Shown here: piece by piece, positions 44,907-57,265 of the stretch
How the letters are laid out: each line of letters opens with the position of its first letter
Numbering within the stretch: the stretch's first letter is position 1
Made by a program: the position numbers and the translations under genes
The notes under the pieces: model-generated
Told to the model about the DNA's origin: nothing
Database searches by the model: none
Seen by the model: only the letters and a program-made list of their open reading frames with translations
NCBI GenBank assembly: GCA_951406725.2
Contig: OX597843.1
Coordinates: 19,654,001 to 19,718,000 of the forward strand
DNA length: 64,000 nt
Reading direction: 5' to 3'
Source of the DNA: Octopus vulgaris
Taxonomy: Eukaryota

Positions 44907-44948
44907 GCTGCATTGAAAAGGGGCAATACCCCGAAACGCGTATGTAGC
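44907..44948 (+). ncRNA. Minimal hammerhead-like motif, U3-A8 core
   Basis: GCUGCA-UUGAAAA-GGGG caaua CCCC-GAAAC gc GUA|UGUAGC. Confidence 0.72.
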
Positions 44949-45559
44949 TGCCGGTCAAGTAGTGCTGAGCGACTGACCTCCCTTGTTCGAAGGTTATATG
45001 GATACAGTTTGTTTATCAAATAGTTAACTTAAGGCGATGGCCTCATGGAGCTAATAAGCGGACAGCTTTATTCTTATTTTTATAAGAATGCCATATTAGT
45101 ATGGCGATAACTATTATTTTCCGGGAACGCTGCCGTTGTTCTCTTTTAGAGAGACTTAGTAATTTTAATAGTTCTAATATTTTTATTGGCTGCGTGATAA
45201 GAAGCTTGTTTTCCAACCACGCGCCTTCAAGTTCAGTCTCACTGCCTGACACCTCGGGCCTACCAGAGCCTTGTGAGAGGTTTTCGTTGACGAAAAATTA
45301 AAGACGCCTGTCGTACAATTTTTAATTGACCCCAATTGCTCTACATCGTCAAATCATTCATGATTGTGTTGTCATTTTCTTTGTATCGCCTCTATAGGTA
45401 ATAACAAATTATAGAGCACAGTTTAAGCTATCGTTCAGACGTGTTTTTTTTTTGAGCTCGTGAGTAATTGTTTTGTTTGGTTTGCTTTTGTTAAAAAATA
45501 CTTGTTAATTGCCAAAGCTCAGTCATACAAAACCATAAGTTACTGTTTATATGATTTAT

Positions 45560-46190
45560 TTTGTTTAAATTTACTTTGTATTTATAAAAGTGACCACGTG
45601 CAGAAAATAGCCAAAAAACAGAAACAAGAACATGCTGCGTTGGGGAAGAATTTTTGTTGCCAAGAGAAACGAAAACCACAGAAATTATTAATGGAAAAAG
45701 CAAATGCAGGTTAATCGAAGAAAGTTTGTCTCTCAAATAATATTGTTGGTAGCTGTATTCCAGACATTAATGATGATTAATTGGAGAAAATTACTGGAAG
45801 ATTTGAAAAAGCTTTCTAAATATGGAATTCAATTAGACGCAATGACTAAAATTAATATGGAACAGGGCCCACGAAGGACCATTGTTCTGTCGATTGTTAG
45901 ATGGAAATTATTTTTCAAAAAGTAGATGACTGTTTCAGAGAAATAGGCCTTGGGTTGTATGACTGTAGTGGATTAAGTAATTAAGGTGCAGCAGCTGTGT
46001 TAGGGAGACAAATAGGGGTTCAAGTTAAATCTGTATGATAAAAATCCTATTTATTTTGCTCATTGCATGATTCTCTGAGATGTATTTGTGTCTATGGAAA
46101 TTTCTGCAGATCTAAATGCAGTATCACAAGATGCAGAGAAATAATGTAAATTCAAGGTCAGTTGGCTGTTGTTTCTAATAGAATGTAAGA
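45560..46190 (+). mobile_element. Decayed hAT (Buster/ZBED5-like) transposase remnant
   Basis: Broken frames give CLSNNIV..I.DI, YGIQLDAMT (cf. FALQLDEST), FKKVDDCFRE, GAAAVLG, AHCMIL. Confidence 0.6.
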
Positions 46191-47201
46191 CCACCTATAG
46201 TGGAATATTTCTGCAGATGTCTCTTGAAATGTGCTTCACTTTTTTTTTAACCAAAAGTACAGGGAAACCAGTGACACCCAGCTCAGTATGACTCCCTTCC
46301 GTAAAACCCTGTCTATACAATCGTTCTTTAGCAGAAAGTTGGAGGGTCACTCAGACACAATGTCTAAGAGAATCTTGCTTTCTACACTGAGCAAGGGGAT
46401 GACTCAACATAGGTTGATAATCTCGGCCCTTGTCTCCTTCGGTATATTCATCCCTTCGATGTATGTCTGTGACTGGGTAACCTATCTTCTCCTCCAGGTT
46501 ATATGTAGGACCCTCCACTCCCGATAGAGTAGCTTCCAGCAGTTCTTATAGACCACTCAATTATGCTGTGATAAATCTCACCATCCTCATCCCTTTTCCC
46601 ATTTCACTGATGTTCGGTTCCTTCAGATTCCATTCCATTGTTGGTCCTGGCAGCCAAAGTAGTAACTTGCCAGAACCCAGCAGCTGCTCCCTCCTGATGT
46701 CACTATAAGTGCACGTGAAGGGGTTGTTGATAGAATATTTACAAACAGATTAAGTGTCTCCTTCCTCTTGTCAACATATCCGGGTTTGCCAGAAATGCGG
46801 GTATCTACCTTGTCCTCTCTCCCCGCTTCTTCCTGCGTCACTCTGGCCAGAATGAGGAATTCCTCCCTGAAGATCACCACAACATATGGAAGACCAGTCT
46901 TTTCCACCCATATGCTTCCTTGAACTATTTCCTAATTTCTAACATAATCACAAAATTTCAATCGATGATGCGGGGCATCATCGATAAAATCGACCCTGGA
47001 ATGCGATTGGTGCATTATTCCATTGTCCAGGGAAGAACGAAAGACGAAAGTTGACTTGGAGCAGCTTAGAACCTAAATTTCTGCCTTAGCAAATTTTATT
47101 AAAAGACTAAGGGAAGTAACTCTCTTTTCTGCAAGAGTTATGTACCTTGCACTATAAAATCTGTGTTTGCATTTCACGTCATCAATAACGTATGCATTAT
47201 A

Positions 47202-47775
47202 AGGTGGCGAGCTGGCAGAGACGTTAGCACGCCGGGCGAAATGCTTAGCGGTATTTCGTCTGCCGTTACGTTCTGAGTTCAAATTCCGCCGAGATCGACA
47301 TTGCCTTTCATCCTTTCGAGGGTCGATTAAATAAGTACCAGTTACGCACTGAGCTCGTTGTAATTGACTTAATCCGTTTGTCTGTCCTTGTTTGTCCTCT
47401 GTGTTTAACCCCTTGTGGATAGTAAAGAAATAGGTATTTCTTCTGCCGTTACGTTCTGAGTTCAAATTCCGCCATGGTCACTTTGCCTTTCATCCTTTGG
47501 GGGTCGATCAAATACGTATCAGTTACGCACTGGGGTCGATGTAATCGACTTAATCCGTTTGTCTGTCCTTGTTTGTCCTCTCTGTGTTTAACCCCTTGTG
47601 GGTAGTAAAGAAATAGGTATTTCGTCTGCCGCTATGTTCTGAGTTCAAATTCCGCCGAGGTCAACTTCGCCTTTCCTCATTTCGTGCTTGAGTACCATTT
47701 GAGTACTGGGGTCGATCTAATCCCCTCTCCCCCTCCCCACAATTTCAGGCCTTGTGCCTATAAGTAGAAAGGATT
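47202..47775 (+). mobile_element. Second-family SINE with three tandem internal units
   Basis: ggtatttcgtctgccgttacgttctgagttcaaattccgcc recurs at ~47250, 47433, 47616. Confidence 0.85.
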
Positions 47776-48480
47776 ATTGTTCTTATTCTATGAAGAGGTC
47801 ACAGGATGTGTGACGAAAGATTTCCAGACAAAGGACATGAATCGAAAAGAATTTCGCATTATTCATTCGCTTTTGAAAATTCTTGTGAGTGGAGTTCGTT
47901 GACGGACACTGAAAGAAGCCCGTCGTAAGCAATGTGTGTGTGTGTGTGCGTGTGTGTGTGTGTGTGCACATGTCCATCCGTCTTTCCACCACTTCTTTCT
48001 GTTTCCTTTCTAGTTTCTCACCCCCGCCCCTCGTTGTCCAACAAACACCTCCTCACCAAGCAATCTTGGACGTCTTACTGGTTGAGTCGCCAACAACCCA
48101 TCCATGCAGCACATTGTCCTGGGTCACAATGTTACTAGTAAGACTCAACGGAAAACCTGGCAGACTTTTTAACCTTTCAACTTTGTAAACTTCCAGCAGT
48201 TTGCTTTTAAAACATTATCATTATTATGTTTTTCATATTCTTTTTATATATATACCGTTATTATTTTTATGTTTTAGTTTATATCATTATTTTATTACTC
48301 TGACATAATATGAAGACTCTGGTTGCTGAGAGTTTTCTTACCAATGCCGTAATTTTGCTAACCTTTGACTCGTAGGATAGACTGAACTCTACAGCTTCGT
48401 TAAGGCAACTTGTCTAAGAAAAAGTAAATTCTGAAATAAAAACATGAGGGTGGTGCTTGGGTGTGGGATTCACAAATTAA

Positions 48481-48912
48481 AGGCCATATACTTTAGGTTA
48501 CTTTTTTTCTATAATTTGCAATTTCTGAAAGCTCTGAAGATGTGGGCTAAAGATTTATACAGCGGCGAGACGAAGGTATTTGCATTTTTACGAAAAATGG
48601 ACTTTTAGATAATGAATAAAATGTTGCACCATCTCATCGTTGTGATGGAGAAATAAAGGAAGATGGAAGAAAAGGGGAAAACGGTGAAATTTTGTCATCT
48701 TTACGTTGCAAAACTCATGACTGCCAAACTTATTGCTCTATCCGCTACGGAAATGTTTTTCTATATTATACTGATTGAATAAAAAAAAGTCCTTTTCAAT
48801 CTATCTCTGTGTCAAATTTTCGGATGACTGGTAGGGGTACCAAAACAAAATTTCACAGTTTCTCTTTAGACATTGAAGAGTAAACTAAAGAGAAGCCTGA
48901 AGTAACTGCCCT
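48481..48912. mobile_element. Kolobok-like MITE
   Basis: TTAA on both sides; imperfect 17-bp TIR AGGCCATATACTTTAGG / CCTGAAGTAACTGCCCT (13/17). Confidence 0.6.
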
Positions 48913-48947
48913 TTAAAATGCAGACCACACACCAGAGTAGTACCATC

Positions 48948-49228
48948 TCGAGGCCCTTGAAATTCTTGGTCTTTCATATGACAGACCAATGAAATTTTCT
49001 GTGGTAAGGACGTGGGGTAGTTCTGTGTCATCTATGTCCAGGAGGCCCTTGAAGTTCTTGGTCTTTTCATATGACAGACCAATGAAATTTTCTGTGGTAA
49101 AGACGTGGGGTAGATCTGTGTCATCTATGTCCACGGAGGCCCTTGAAGTTCTTGGTCTTTTCATATAACAAACCAATGAAATCTTCTGTGCTAAAGACGT
49201 GGGGTAGTTCTGTGTCATCTATGTCCAC
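48948..49228. repeat. Minisatellite, ~93 bp x 3
   Basis: gaggcccttgaa.ttcttggtcttt...ctgtgtcatctatgtcca repeated three times. Confidence 0.9.
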
Positions 49229-49329
49229 TGAGAAATATATCTAATTACAGGAGTACCGCTTGTACATTACAAACTCTATTAGCATGGTTGGCCTTCAAAT
49301 GTTCTTTGAAGTTATCAGAAATTACTTAA

Positions 49330-49720
49330 ACAAAAGTGGTAAATGGCAATAAGGGTTTGGGAACAAAACATGATACAGCTTGGCTCTTCAAATAGCCCAG
49401 TCATCAACCTGTCACTCTGGTCAAATGGTCAACTCAAGAAGATTAAACGTTCTAAGAAACTTGCTTTTTGGAAACTGTGTACTCTAGGTAGGAACAATTT
49501 TAATCGTAGACCAGAGAGATGAACTGTACTGATCGCCGAGAACTTCTTTAAACGATATTTGAAGTTAAACTGAAGCATTACAGTATTTCATTTCAAAAAC
49601 ACAAAGAGGTAATAGCAAACCAGATTTAATCCTTTATTGAGAAAACTGAAAGATTTCAATGGTAAAAGAAAATTAAAAGTAAGAAAGAAAATTTTCGGTT
49701 TTTCTATGTTCCAACAAACA
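49330..49720 (+). mobile_element. Possible very old LTR-retrotransposon integrase remnant
   Basis: SNGQLKKIKRS (cf. SNGQxERxNR) followed by an SPxELL-like segment in broken frames. Confidence 0.3.
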
Positions 49721-49754
49721 GTCAGGCACTGAAACCTGTTGAAATTGCATTATT

Positions 49755-50075
49755 GTGGTTAGAGCGTCCAGCTTACGATCGTGAGGTTGTGAACTCGAAT
49801 CCCAGACCGGGCTGCGTGTTGTGTTCTTGAGCAAGACATTTTATTTCACGTTGCTCCAGTTCACTCAACTGTAGAAATGAGTTGCAACGCCACAGGTGCC
49901 AAGCTGTATCGGCCCCTTTGCCTTTCCCTTGGATAACACTGGTGACGTAGAGAGGGGAGGCCGGTATGCATGGGCGACTGCTGGTCTCCCATAAACAACC
50001 TTGCCCAGACTTGTGCCTGGGAGTGTAACTTTCTAGGTGCAATCCCATGGTCTGTGTCGTGACCGAAGGGGGTCT
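49755..50075 (+). mobile_element. tRNA-derived SINE, third family; decayed relatives at ~1110-1250, 13050-13180, 31500-31630 (minus) and 59041-59325
   Basis: gtggttagagcg...gaggttgtgaactcgaatccc head; ttgagcaagacat...tttcacgttgctccagttcactca core. Confidence 0.75.
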
Positions 50076-50626
50076 CAGGTATTGTGGATTAGAGTCTCTC
50101 GGTTGCATAAGGTTGTATGAAAAGGTAGAAAGAATTGTTCTATACAAGAAATATATTTAATGTTAATAAGTGAAAATAGGATTTTATTATGCAAAATATG
50201 ATGAAAGACGATTCTTGGAGGGATTCTTTATTTCTTGGAGACATTCTATATATCGATTCTCAATTAGAATTTGGTTTCTGCTGTTCTATCTCATTACCAG
50301 AACTTCTACCTGGAAGCGTAAATGAGAAAACGATATAAAATATATCTATACATATATACATACATGTATAGATATACAAACATATACATATAACATTCCA
50401 ATATTACATCTTGTAATCGAAAAATGAAGTATACAATACTTTGTATAATGTTTATATTTAGTTCCTTTCCCCCCGGACTCTACTTCCATACAACTGCAAT
50501 CCTTTGATGACCTCGGCTTCTTAGAGCCACGCTCTTGCTTGATGGGACTGGAGTCATTGCAAATTAGTAGTCCCTTAGGCGTAGAGCCGACCACGTCAAC
50601 CAGTGCTTCACATTGCTGGCGACAAG

Positions 50627-50761
50627 ATGCCAGCCTCTCTGCATCCTGGTCCCATGCTAGCATCTCTGTATCTTGGTCCCATGCCAACCTCTCTGCATCC
50701 TGATCCTATGCCAGCCTCTCTGCATCCTGGTCCCATACCAACCTCTCTGAATCCTGGTCCC
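50627..50761. repeat. Minisatellite, 27 bp x 5
   Basis: atgccagcctctctgcatcctggtccc. Confidence 0.9.
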
Positions 50762-50897
50762 AACTCAGCCCCTCTACTCATTTCTAAATTTTTCTCCTTG
50801 GTATGCAGTTTCCGGACATAACAGCTTATGATTTTACAAGCCATGAGCATATAAGTCGTTGGACTGACTAGCTGTCCCACCTTCGAACCAGGCGGGT

Positions 50898-50950
50898 AGG
50901 TGGTGTTGATAAGTCCGTAAAATGGCGAAACATCGATTTCTATCAATCCT
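50898..50950 (+). ncRNA. Degenerate hammerhead-like motif, U3-A8 core
   Basis: UGGUG-UUGAUAA-GUC cguaaaau GGC-GAAAC aucgau UUC|UAUCA; stem III mismatch (UUC instead of GUC). Confidence 0.5.
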
Positions 50951-52128
50951 AAATGGGATTGAAGGTAAGTTATCTCGCCTGTCCACGGCTCTAAGGTATT
51001 TTAACACCGGTGACATGAGAGTTATATACTCCGCTACGCCATTGCAGCCACCGGAAAATGCACAAAGCATAAACACTAATATATGTATTTAACAATATTT
51101 ATTGTACTAGAACTTATTATTTATTAGTTGAGGTTATGTAATTGTAATAAAGGAAAAATTATTAAAACCTTCATTGTCTCGAAAACTCTTATAAATTCCA
51201 ATTTTAACTTATTTTTATCAAAATATCGTTCTTAAATTTCTTTTATGAGATAAGGTTTCATCTTCAAGATTTAATCACAAAAGTGACATCTTAGAATGCT
51301 GGGCGGAGTTTTTAACGTCGCTGTTTTTATTTCTGGAAATATGAAAGTTGCGCAAATATTTGCAGCTACACTTTCTACAGAAAGTTTAATCAGGCATCAA
51401 CCAAACCATATTGATTCCAGTATCCTTCCATATTTGTTGAGTTCTGTTGAAGAAATCCAAAGCTGATTAGAATTTGTGATAATAATCAGCTTTTGATTTC
51501 AAAAGCGATTGTAATTCCTTACACCATTTCTACCAAATATATACAAGCATTATCTTCTTTCCATTCAAGTATTTCCTCCGAATTTCTTACTTCATAACTT
51601 TCAGGAAAGTAGGTTTTTTTTTTTTTTAGTAAATTTCTCTTCAGATAACTTTCAGATGATGTAAACTATATTGGAATTTGGTTTTCATCCTAAATTCATG
51701 TTTTGATGATGTAGAATACAATTAAGTTTGGAAAATTACTTTTTAGGCCTATTCCACTTTTTTCTTCTGGGATTTGTTAAATGTATTTTTTTCATAAAAT
51801 GCATTTTTTCATAGATATTGGCAGTTTTTGAAATAAAACAAATAATCAGCTTTGAATTTGTTGATATGGCTATATGGAATCCTATGATTCTTGCTATTTC
51901 TAGCATACTAAATGAGGATGGGCTCCCTTTCTGTTTGTTTAAAAAGGGAGCCATAAATTTAAGTCAACATAACAGCCGATTTCTTCATGTCTTTGAATGT
52001 TTTGTATTATTCCGAATTTGTTTACCGAGCGCGTAAATACGATGAAACGAATAAAAGGTAGAAATGAAAATTAGTCGTAACATACCAGAAAGTTTACACA
52101 AATCGGGAACCAAATGTGGGAACATAAC

Positions 52129-52204
52129 TTAGCGACTGCAATTAGTAGTATTAATAGCAGAGACAGAATCACTAGTTTCAGCATTATATTGTTCTATGCT
52201 TTTT
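52129..52204 (-). CDS. Possible short terminal exon after TM1 (KSIEQYNAETSDSVSAINTTNCSR*)
   Basis: ttcAG acceptor about 250 nt after the TM1 donor; phase-compatible and open to TAA; no homology support. Confidence 0.25.
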
Positions 52205-52455
52205 CTGAATTATCAAACTATAAACTAATTCTGCTTAAATACACAAAGTAGATTATCCTACCTCCTTTTCTTTTTTCGTGTCATGATAGCGGTGGTCACT
52301 TACAAAATCCTACACTAAAGTATCTGTCCAGTTTATATTCTGGAATTCTTTCCTCACCCATGTGTTTGCTGCAAACATCAACCACATCGAACTTACCAGC
52401 CTCTCTATTTGTATCTAAACAGTTCATAAAAGAAAATCGAAATTGAAATGCTTAC

Positions 52456-52577
52456 TTGAAACAAACGTGAATTATTACTGTAAGAACAAGACAGACAAAT
52501 GATAATCCACAGCCAATGTTGGATATAACAGATAAGGATTTATCATTTTTCCTATCGTCTTCATTCCTGTAGACATC
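52456..52577 (-). CDS. Adhesion GPCR exon, stalk plus TM1
   Basis: tAG|GAT...TTCAA|GTaagc; DVYRNEDDRKNDKSLSVISNIGCGLSFVCLVLTVIIHVCF(K); LSxISxIGCxLS is the typical adhesion-GPCR TM1; in frame with the GPS exon. Confidence 0.92.
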
Positions 52578-53374
52578 CTACGATAGAAACAAACAACAAT
52601 AGTTTAGCTCCTCTTCGTCCTCTTTTCTCATATGTTAGTTAACACTTATATAAACGAATGTGTACAATGTTGGTGTAGGAGATGAGGACGACTGCATGCT
52701 GTATTATTAATGTTCCTTACAACGCTGACAATAATAGAGACAATATCAGTGACCTGACTGTTTAATCTCCGTCCTTGGAATATCAGTAGAACTCGTATGG
52801 ACTTAACTAACATGTTTGGTAGTTCAGCTTTTCCTTCAGGCTGGAATATTTACCATAGACAGGGGAATGGTTTACTGTTGTAGGTAGCAGAGGTATTAAC
52901 AGGCAGGTATTGGATAGATGTATATTCTATGTATATTGCTGACATGAAAGTCTGGGGTGAAGAAATCCCATGAACGAGAGGAAAGATCTTGTAGCAGAAT
53001 TATGAAGGGACCAAAGTTTAATGTCTGAGCAACAAACACACCTCAACATAAATGAAGAGATTTAAATTAAGAAAGATGACCCTGACCATCTCTACGCCAT
53101 TCACATCAATGCTGGAGGAATCGCCATGCATTGCATTAAGAATGGTGGCTTCGTACATCTAAAAGCCATCATCCTGAGTATAAACTCTAAACAACAGCAA
53201 TGGCAACAAAAACAACAGCGACGTTTTACAATATATCAACCTTATATATTTACCAAGATAGCCTCCAACACAAAGTCTTGTGGATATGTTATTATAAAAC
53301 TCTTTAAAATTATTGATGCATTTACATAACTGCCAAATTACAAGTAATTAACAACTGGTCATAATGTTACCAAC

Positions 53375-53524
53375 CATTAATAAGGCAAAACTTGTAAGAT
53401 GGTCGCAGGAACAAACTACTTTCTTTCCAGGTACATAATCGGATATTTTACAGCCTTTTGTTGCCCAATGAGGATCCTCTCCTGAAGTTTCCTCCCAGGA
53501 AACACATTCTGGGTTGTCGGCATT
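53375..53524 (-). CDS. Adhesion GPCR exon, GPS autoproteolysis motif
   Basis: tttcAG|AAT...ATG|GTtggt; 150 nt; NADNPECVSWEETSGEDPHWATKGCKISDYVPGKKVVCSCDHLTSFALLM = C-x2-W...W-x3-GC...CxCxHL|TSFALLM. Confidence 0.95.
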
Positions 53525-53894
53525 CTGAAACAAATTAATTTCTAATAATTTAATCAAATCACTTTCTAATTAGAGTACATGTAATTATGATATGTCTCTT
53601 TTGACTTACAAAGAAGATACCAAGGTCATTAATGTTTGGTTGGTATTGACATTGTGAACTCCACATCGGATGCTGTGACATAGTTTAACTGACCATTCAA
53701 TCTTGTTTATAAATCTTTGTCTTTTCTCATAATTTACACTGCATCGTCATAACAACGGAAGAAAACGATATTGGATGCAGTAGTTCAGGAAATATTTAAT
53801 GAAATATAAAATGATGTGATGGTCACGGCTGGGATGTGTTTCATCATAGGTCTACTGGGTTAGTGATGGCATGAACATAAACAGCAACAATTAC

Positions 53895-54023
53895 CTGGTT
53901 TATTAAATTGAATGATATATTAATTGGTTCATCAAGGTTGCTTATTGAAATGTTCGGGATACTTGTAGCAAGTACCTGGCTGTTAATTTCAGTATTTCCT
54001 TTGGCACTGGAGTTTTGTGTTAC
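53895..54023 (-). CDS. Adhesion GPCR exon, C-terminal part of GAIN domain
   Basis: ttcacAG|GTA...CAG|GTaatt; 129 nt, phase 0; VTQNSSAKGNTEINSQVLATSIPNISISNLDEPINISFNLINQ, which resembles the pre-GPS GAIN strands (INSxV...I.NL.EP+.I.F). Confidence 0.85.
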
Positions 54024-54580
54024 CTGTGAAGAGAAGTTATTAAGTAAATTAATTTATTCAATGGAAAACATTATTAAAGCATGAAACGATCAGACGTTAG
54101 TATTGTTTTGTTAAGGTTATTTCTACAGATATAAAATAGAAATTTTAGCCAACACTGATTTTTGTTACAACGATTCGTATCGGGACGTCAGATGTAACCT
54201 ATGAAATCGAAAACAGGAATGTGTAATGCGTATATATGCCATATTGTGGAGGGTTTTTCCTCTTCATCAGCATCCGTCTAACCCATTCTCGCCTCCGAAC
54301 ATATTGCTTATATAGCCACCGCTTTCAGTCATTGGATATACCAATTAACATACTAAACGCATTCCTGAAACTGGTATGTAAATATTAATGAGTTGTAGGT
54401 AGATGATATTTCGTTATGCAACCATGCTATACTAGAAAATATATTAAATGTCTTTTTTAAGTCAACACTATGTACTACTGTGTTAGCAGTGCTTTTTACA
54501 TTACTTTGTGAAGGTTATTTCTACATTTCTTACCAAGACGTCAGATGAAAAACAATGAGATCGAAGATGAAAATAGGTAA

Positions 54581-54632
54581 TGAGTGTATTTGTCATATTT
54601 CGGGGGCTTGCTCCCCCTTTCATCAGCACTCA
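54581..54632 (-). ncRNA. Hammerhead-like motif in the GPCR intron
   Basis: UGAGUG-CUGAUGA-aa GGGGG agcaag CCCCC-GAAAU augacaa AUA|CACUCA. Confidence 0.6.
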
Positions 54633-54699
54633 TCTATCCCATTACACAATCGTTACTTTAGTCAGCAGCACAACTTAATGCAATATATATTAGTTTCAA

Positions 54700-55270
54700 A
54701 TTTTGGTCTGAGACCAGCAATTTCTGGAGGAGGGGTAAATCGATTACATCAACCCCGCTGCTCTTATTTCATCAATCTCGAAATGATGGAAGGTAGAGTC
54801 AACCTCGGCGTAATTTGAACCCGCAACATAAAAAGGAACGAAATGCCGCAAAACATTTTACCCGGCGTGCTAACGACTCTGCCAGCTCAACAATCTATAA
54901 TCATCGCTTCTGCTGGAAGCACAAAGCCTCAAATCTAAAGGAAGGGATTAAGTCGATTACATTGACCCCAGTGCCTAACTGGTACTACCTTTATTGACAT
55001 CGTCGGAATTTGAACTCAGAACGTAGCGGCAGACGAAATACCTATTTCTTTACTGCCCACAATGGGCTAAACACAGAGAGGAGAAACAAGGACAGACAAA
55101 CGGATTAAGTCGATTATATCGACCCCAGTGCGTAACTGGTACTTATTTAATCGACCCCGAAAGGGTGAAAGGCAAAGTCGACCTCGGCGGAATTTGAACT
55201 CAGAACGTAACCGCAGACGAAATACCCCTAAGCATTTCGTCCAGAGTGCTAATGTTTCTGCCAGCTTAAC
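54700..55270 (-). mobile_element. Second-family SINE copies, minus strand
   Basis: Reverse complement of the 47202-47775 motifs. Confidence 0.8.
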
Positions 55271-56362
55271 ACCTTACAATCTATAATAATTAATATCAAA
55301 ACGAATTTCAGTGTGTCAGTGTGTCACACTTTCACTTCTTCACTTACTATTCAATGACACGTCTACTATTCCTCATGTTGGAGTGAGAGTAATAGTTATC
55401 CTAGAGACGGTGAGGGCAATAATGGATTGGTGGTTGTGGTGATAATGAGATTATAGTAATAGTATGAGCTGTAGTTGTGATATAGGCGGAGGTGAAGGTG
55501 GTGGTGGTGATAGCCAAGGCGGTCAGACATGACGGTGAAAGTAAAGGATGTGAAAGACAGTGATGGTGGTGGAGGGAAAGGCGGCAAAGTCAAAGGAATT
55601 GATGGTAGTGGCGTCAGTAATCTGAATAATGTATGTATGGCAGTTGTAGTGGCGATGGTGGTACTGATGATGGTGATGGTTGAAAACAATCAATAGAAAG
55701 AGAGAGATAAAGGAAGAGGCTAGAAAAATAAAATTGTACTGACCCTCGAATGGGACGACAAATTATGTTGTTTATCATGCAGCTTTGCAATAAATTCCAA
55801 GTCGACAAATTGTATCATTGTTTTAATGAAGATTGTTCATTGCTTGAAAAATATTCGTCACGTTTAATAATATTTAACATGTACTTAATGCATGAAGTGT
55901 CGTTGTTGTGACCAAGGCCCTATGAAGAGCCCTCCACAGGAGTTAGCTTAAAAGCTGCTCGACAGGGCGGCTTTTAAGCTTGTAATACAATATATGTTTC
56001 AATCAAATGTTCCATAGGTGTCCACACATGACGGTTGTACTCGTTCTAAGGAATGGACAGTTCGTTTTACATCGAAATTGTTTAGATAAACGCTGCTGGT
56101 ACTTAACAAGTTCATTTGGTAATCAACGAGTCCGGCGTTCAAACTCACTCCTTAGCACCTTGTGTAAATAAATATATAACACAGACTCTGGTTGATAAAT
56201 AAGAGTTTGAGGGGAATTTAGCGGTTGAAATCGTTCTCTAATCCCAATTGTGAGTATAGATGTGTATATATATGTGTGTGTTTGAGTCTCTGCGTGTGCA
56301 TAGTGTGTATCTGTATGCATGTATGCATGTATGTATGTATGTATGCATGTATGCATGTATGC

Positions 56363-56394
<32 letters not shown>

Positions 56395-57227
56395 TTGTAT
56401 GTATGTATGTATGTATGTTTGCATGTATGTTTGTATGTATGTATGCCTAATGGTTAGGGTGTTGTAACATAAAATTAAAAATATATCAAATTTTTCAGTC
56501 TTTATTTATATTCTTATATTTGTTTCAGTCATTTTACGGAGCCATGCTGGAGCACCGCCTTTGTCTAGCAAACCAACTCAGGACTTATTATTTGTAAGCC
56601 TAGTACTTATTCTCTTTTGCCGAAGCGCTAAGTTACAGGGACGTAAACACACCAACATCGGTTGTCAAGCGATGGTGGGGGACAAATATAGGCACACAAA
56701 CACACACACACACACACACACATATATTTACGACGGACTTCTTACATTTTCTTTCTACCAAATCCACTCACAAGGCTTTGATCGGCCCGAGGCTATAGCA
56801 GAAGACACTTGCCCAATGTGCCACGCAATGAGATTGAATCTGGAACCATGTGGTTGGTAAGCAAGCTACTTACCACACAGTCACTCCTTTATAAGCTGTG
56901 AGTTTCCCTGCCTAGAACTTTCATACATACTCACCTTGTCTCCGATGAAGGAATATGCAGTGTACGGGTATGCTAGCCTATCAGTGGGGACATCCCAGAA
57001 AAAGCTGGGATACCACAAACGATATCCAATTTCAATTACTATAAATGACTCCTGCCTTGATTTTTGTTGTCCTTTCTCTCTAATATATACTTGTTAACAC
57101 GGCATCCTAATACGTATCCATAGCTCCAGCCTCAGCCGTGAGCTTGGAAACTAACGGATGACCAATTATAGCACTTACTCTGCATAACTATTCTTTTGAT
57201 CACCAGTGAACTAAACCTCCCACATCC

Positions 57228-57265
<38 letters not shown>

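Noticed and set aside
50603-50946. MPASLHPGP repeat protein
   Set aside because: 27-bp minisatellite open on both strands; no splice or start support.
52087-52183. Hydrophobic reading MLKLVILSLLLILLIAVAKL as GPCR TM2
   Set aside because: Out of phase with the TM1 exon and lacks the expected TM2 signature.
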